64,000 nucleotides of DNA from an uncultured Gemmatimonadales bacterium (GTDB lineage Bacteria > Gemmatimonadota > Gemmatimonadetes > Longimicrobiales > RSA9): positions 768,001 to 832,000 of the forward strand of contig CAWCRS010000007.1 in the NCBI GenBank assembly GCA_963798085.1, read 5' to 3'. Shown here in pieces: positions 60,102 through 64,000 of the stretch. Below the pieces are notes generated by a model. The model saw only the letters and a program-made list of their open reading frames with translations, searched no databases and was not told the DNA's origin. The position numbers and the translations under genes are program-made. Every line of letters starts with the position of its first letter. Positions within the stretch are counted from its first letter, which is position 1.

Positions 60102-60408
60102 GTCATGCAATTCTCCGCGATGCCGCACGCTGCGCGAAGGCGATCGCGGGAGCCACAGGAGAGGGCGCGCCCGTGCGGCACGCCCCGTGACGGCGGAGTC
60201 TATGGACCCCATCCGGGGTTGTCCAGCCGGTTTGCGGCGCGGCGCAGCGACCGGGCGCGGGACTGGCCGCTGCGCTGAATCCACTGCCTCGCGAAGTGCG
60301 CAGGGCGACGACGTTGCCGTAGCGAGAGCACGCCGCCGCACGCAATGTTGCAGTCCGGCCGGGCGCACGCATTCGCCGGTCGGCGCGACCCGCAGAGGGA
60401 GAGCAACC

Positions 60409-60702
60409 GTGGATCCGAACTTCGCTCCAATGCTGCTGGGCATGACGATCGTCGTGGTCACCGGCGCCGTGCTCCTGCTCCGTCCGATCAGCAAGCGGCT
60501 GGGCTCGTACCTCGAGGCGCTTGCCAGCGAGAAGCGCGCCCCGCGCCCATTGCTCGAGCCGCAGATCCGCGACACGCTCGATCGCATCGAGGAACGACTC
60601 CGTCTGATCGAGGAGCGACAGGATTTCACGGACGCGCTGCTGCGACGCGAAACACCGCGTGCGGAACTGCCGCCACGCACGCGCCCGCCCGCCGAAGGCT
60701 AG
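60409..60702 (+). CDS. Small membrane protein with C-terminal coiled coil (PspB-like architecture)
   Basis: GGGAGAG RBS; one TM helix, then LDRIEERLRLIEERQDFTDALL. Confidence 0.75.
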   Translation: MDPNFAPMLLGMTIVVVTGAVLLLRPISKRLGSYLEALASEKRAPRPLLEPQIRDTLDRIEERLRLIEERQDFTDALLRRETPRAELPPRTRPPAEG

Positions 60703-60796
60703 CGCCGCGGCCGGCCGCGCGGGATGTTAGATTGCCGCAGGTCGTGAGCACGGCCTGCCGGCACGCGCCGGTTTCCTCGATCCACACCACGATCCG

Positions 60797-61471
60797 ATGA
60801 GCCCCCACAGCAACGAGGCAGCGGACCGGATGCGCGCTCCACGCACGCGCGGCAGCCGGCTCGCGCGCATGCGTGCGGCCTGCACGCTGGCCGCTCTCCT
60901 TCTGCCCGCGGGCTGCGGCGCGGCATCCAGCGCGAGCGCCAGCAACCTGCGCGGCACCGTGCTGCCGCAACCCATCGAGAAGCACGATTTCACGCTCACG
61001 GACACGAAAGGCAATGCGTTCCATTTCCGCCAGGCAACCGATGGCTACCTCACACTGCTCTTCTTCGGCTACACGAGCTGCCCCAATGTCTGTCCCGTGC
61101 ACATGGCGAACATCGGCGCCGTGCTGCAACGCTTTCCCGCGGAAACACGGGAGCGCGTGAAGGTGGTCTTCGTGAGCACGGATCCGGCGCGCGACACGCC
61201 CGGGCGAATTCGCTCCTGGCTGGACACGTTCGACACCGATTTCATCGGATTGCGCGGCGACACGGCCGAAGTCAACCGCATCATGGGCCTCTACTTTCTG
61301 CCATCCGCCGAGCCCGAGCCGCCGGGGAAGGATGGCGGCTACATCGTAGGTCACGCCGCGCACGTGATCGCGTTCACACCGGACAACCAGGCGCACGTGC
61401 TGTATCCTTTCGGCACGCGCCAGGACGACTGGCAGCACGACATCCCGGTCCTGCTCGGGGCGCACTGGTGA
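60797..61471 (+). CDS. SCO1/SenC family copper chaperone, lipoprotein; start may be 60830 or 60869
   Basis: FFGYTSCPNVCP, DPARDT and conserved His (VGH). Confidence 0.9.
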   Translation: MSPHSNEAADRMRAPRTRGSRLARMRAACTLAALLLPAGCGAASSASASNLRGTVLPQPIEKHDFTLTDTKGNAFHFRQATDGYLTLLFFGYTSCPNVCPVHMANIGAVLQRFPAETRERVKVVFVSTDPARDTPGRIRSWLDTFDTDFIGLRGDTAEVNRIMGLYFLPSAEPEPPGKDGGYIVGHAAHVIAFTPDNQAHVLYPFGTRQDDWQHDIPVLLGAHW

Positions 61472-61487
61472 TGGGCGGACGCAGCTG

Positions 61488-62324
61488 ATGCGCTGGTGGT
61501 GCTCGGCCGTGGGCGTGCCCTGGTCCTGGGTGTGGCGGCCCTACGCCGGCGTATGGCTGCTGCTGCTGGCCGCAAGCGTGCTCTACCTGGCGCGGGCGAA
61601 GCGCAGCCGCACTAACAACGGATTGCAGGCGACGACACGGCCCGGACTCTTCTTCGCGGGGTTGTTCCTGGTCTGGGCCGCACTCGACTGGCCCATCGGC
61701 ACGCTGGCCGGCTACCTCGCCAGCCTGCACATGACGCAGTTCCTGCTGCTCACCATGGCTGCGCCGCCGCTGCTGCTGCTGGGCTGGCCGCGGGCGCCCG
61801 CGGCTCCTGCCGGACCGCTGCGCCGGCTGCTGCACCAGCCCGTGCTGACGCTGATCGTGTTCAGCGCCATCGTCGTGCTCACGCACCTGCCCGTCGTGAC
61901 CGATGGACTCATGCCCTCGCAGCCGGGCTCGTTCGCCATTGACCTCGGCTGGCTGGGCGGCGGGCTGCTGTTCTGGAGTCCGCTGCTCTCGCGCGACGCA
62001 CCCGCCTGGTTCGGGCCGCCCGTGCGCATGACCTACCTGTTTGCCGACATGGTGCTCATGACCGCGCCGGGCGCCATGATCACGTTCAGCGATCTGCCCA
62101 TCTATGCGACGTACGAACTGGCGCCACCCATTCCCGGCATCAACCCCATCGACGATCAGCGCCTTGCCGGCCTCATCATGCGTCTGGGCGTGGCGCTCGT
62201 TTCCTGGCTGGCCATCAGCATCATGTTCCTGCGCTGGAACCGCGCCGAGGAACGACTGATGGAAGAGGAAGCGCGCGCCCTCGGCGCGGAGTCAGCGCGT
62301 GCCGTCCCGGGCGGCGATAACTGA
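61488..62324 (+). CDS. ctaG: Cytochrome c oxidase assembly factor (Caa3 CtaG family)
   Basis: SLHMTQFLLL..APPLLLLG, HLP and DQRLAGLIM motifs. Confidence 0.85.
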   Translation: MRWWCSAVGVPWSWVWRPYAGVWLLLLAASVLYLARAKRSRTNNGLQATTRPGLFFAGLFLVWAALDWPIGTLAGYLASLHMTQFLLLTMAAPPLLLLGWPRAPAAPAGPLRRLLHQPVLTLIVFSAIVVLTHLPVVTDGLMPSQPGSFAIDLGWLGGGLLFWSPLLSRDAPAWFGPPVRMTYLFADMVLMTAPGAMITFSDLPIYATYELAPPIPGINPIDDQRLAGLIMRLGVALVSWLAISIMFLRWNRAEERLMEEEARALGAESARAVPGGDN

Positions 62325-63893
62325 CGGTTCCGGTACCCGGACCGTCGCGTTCGCTGCGCGCCAGGCATCGAACCAGCGCAGGAAGCCTTCCGCAGCAGCT
62401 TCCGAGTAGAGTACGGGCGTGCCGCCGGCCGCGCGCACCCAAGCGGCATCGCGCTGCTCGAAGACGCGCACCAGCACCCTTACCCCACGCGCGTACTCGA
62501 GCAGCCGCCGGTTGTCTTCCGGGCGGCGGATGGTGGAAGAGATCACGCGCGCTGCCTGCGCGTTCGCCGATTGCAGCACGAGGAGATCGGACGCCTCGCC
62601 GCGGATGTGCGGCACATTGGCCGCGCGCAGGGCCGCGATCACCGCCGGATCATCGTCCACGGCGAGCACCGTCTGACTGGCGGCCAGCAGCGTCTCCAGC
62701 AGCGGCATGCCGGTAGTACCGGCGCCCAGCAGCAGCACGTGGTCCCTCGCCGGCAGCGCTGCAAAGGGCCTGCGCCGCCCCGGATACCAGCGCAGCAGCC
62801 GCCACACCACGCGGTCCGCCACTAACAGCGGTGTTAGCGCCATGGTGAGCACGGTGACCAGCACGATCACCGTGAAGACGCGCGGCGCGATCTGCTGCGC
62901 CAGCATGCCCTGCAGGCCGACCACGAGCGAGATCTCGCTGGTCTGCGACAGCAGCAGGCCGCTCTCCAGCGCGGCGCGCGTGGAGAAGCCGCGGCGCACT
63001 GCCAGCAGCGTGACCAGCGGCGTCGTCACCACCACCACGAGGACGGCCAGCAGCAGCGCGTGCAGCAGATCGCTCGCCGCCGGGACGGCCAGCGCGCCCA
63101 GCGCCGTGAAGAAGATGGCCGCAAAGAAATCGCCGATGGACTGGAGCTGCGGGCGTACCACGACATTGACCGGGAAACGCGCCAGCGACACGCCCGCCAG
63201 GAATGCGCCCACCACACCGGGCAGTCCCAGCGCGCGGGCCAGCGCCACGAACAGGAAGGGCGTGGCCAGCGCCACCAGCAGAGTCAGGTCTTCGTCGTGC
63301 GCCAGTCGCAGCAAACGCGGTGTTACCAGGTGCAGCCACAGGTACGCCACCACCAGCGCGCCCAGGCCGGCCAGCGAGCCGCGCAGCACGGCGCCGCCGC
63401 CCGCCGGCATGCGCATCACGGCCGGAATCAGGAGCACCACGAGGATGTCCTGCAGCAGCAGCACGCCCAGCACGAGACGGGCGCCCGGCTCGAACAGCCT
63501 GGCCCGCCGCTGCAGCAGCCGCACCACGACGTGCGTGGAGCTGGCCGTGAGCGCCAGTCCCAGATACAGCGCGCTGAGCGCATCGTACCGCAGGGCCAGG
63601 GCGGCCAGGAAGCCGGCCGCGCCCAGCACGAAGAACTGCACCACGCCCACACGCAATGCGGCGGGCCACTGCATGCGCACGCGACCGGCATCCAGCTCGA
63701 CGCCGGCCACGAAGACGAGGAAGGTCACGCCCAGTACCAGCGCGTCCTCCAGCAATGGCGCCGGCACCAGCCCGGTGCGCGCCAGCAGCACGCCACAGAG
63801 AATCAGCAGCGGCAGCGATGGCAAACGCGTGCGCAGCGCCAGAACGTGTCCCAGCGCGGCCGCCAGCAGCAGGGCGGCGATGCCGCCGATCAC
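62292..63893 (-). CDS. CPA2 cation:proton antiporter with TrkA-N/KTN domain (Kef-like)
   Basis: About 12 TM helices, GAFLAG, SQTSE, then LLGAGTTG Rossmann-like domain. Confidence 0.88.
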   Translation of the reverse strand: MIGGIAALLLAAALGHVLALRTRLPSLPLLILCGVLLARTGLVPAPLLEDALVLGVTFLVFVAGVELDAGRVRMQWPAALRVGVVQFFVLGAAGFLAALALRYDALSALYLGLALTASSTHVVVRLLQRRARLFEPGARLVLGVLLLQDILVVLLIPAVMRMPAGGGAVLRGSLAGLGALVVAYLWLHLVTPRLLRLAHDEDLTLLVALATPFLFVALARALGLPGVVGAFLAGVSLARFPVNVVVRPQLQSIGDFFAAIFFTALGALAVPAASDLLHALLLAVLVVVVTTPLVTLLAVRRGFSTRAALESGLLLSQTSEISLVVGLQGMLAQQIAPRVFTVIVLVTVLTMALTPLLVADRVVWRLLRWYPGRRRPFAALPARDHVLLLGAGTTGMPLLETLLAASQTVLAVDDDPAVIAALRAANVPHIRGEASDLLVLQSANAQAARVISSTIRRPEDNRRLLEYARGVRVLVRVFEQRDAAWVRAAGGTPVLYSEAAAEGFLRWFDAWRAANATVRVPEPSVIAARDGTR

Positions 63894-64000
63894 GCGATCA
63901 CTCCCGCGTCCCGCAGTGCGCCCGCCATCTGCCGGATGCCATCGTGTTTGGAGACCATCAGGCAGGCCACATCCAGCGCGCGCAGCTGTTCACTCATCAG
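63890..64000 (-). CDS. 3' end of a CDS running off the window
   Basis: Open frame LMSEQLRALDVACLMVSKHDGIRQMAGALRDAGVIA*; its TGA overlaps the antiporter GTG. Confidence 0.6.
   Translation of the reverse strand: MMSEQLRALDVACLMVSKHDGIRQMAGALRDAGVIA

Noticed and set aside
569..63691. Numerous long antisense or alternate-frame ORFs (e.g. 569..2479, 5072..7285, 39920..42094, 55088..57280)
   Set aside because: Shadow ORFs expected at this GC content; each overlaps a gene with recognisable motifs

Overview
A 64-kb stretch of a very GC-rich bacterial chromosome. The gene content points to Gemmatimonadota (or possibly Acidobacteriota); this is inference from ADOP duplicated-orphan permeases with a PadR regulator, 6-bladed beta-propeller lipoproteins, a CBM9/DUF5916 barrel, a DUF4097 protein, a GlnRS-YqeY fusion and a bacilliredoxin. 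It holds about 48 mostly housekeeping or accessory CDS, including glnS, hrpB, metK, csaA, pfkA, PBP1A, amgK-rapZ/murU, solA, SCO/ctaG, ClC and Kef-type transporters. I found no rRNA, tRNA, transposase, integrase or CRISPR array. Six genes each carry a single +1 duplicated base, most likely long-read errors. The most unusual signals are: (i) a head-to-head cluster of a ~47-bp repeat with 13-bp internal periodicity (32843-33402) that has a solo copy at 49474; (ii) two copies of a 125-144-bp element with 25-bp terminal inverted repeats; (iii) a decayed Thoeris ThsB-like TIR gene next to an orphan membrane ORF at the more AT-rich window start; (iv) an ABM-PpnP domain fusion; (v) a hairpin-rich metK leader with no canonical SAM riboswitch; and (vi) several readable promoter and operator motifs. 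I did not find an intact novel multi-gene system that I can support with confidence.
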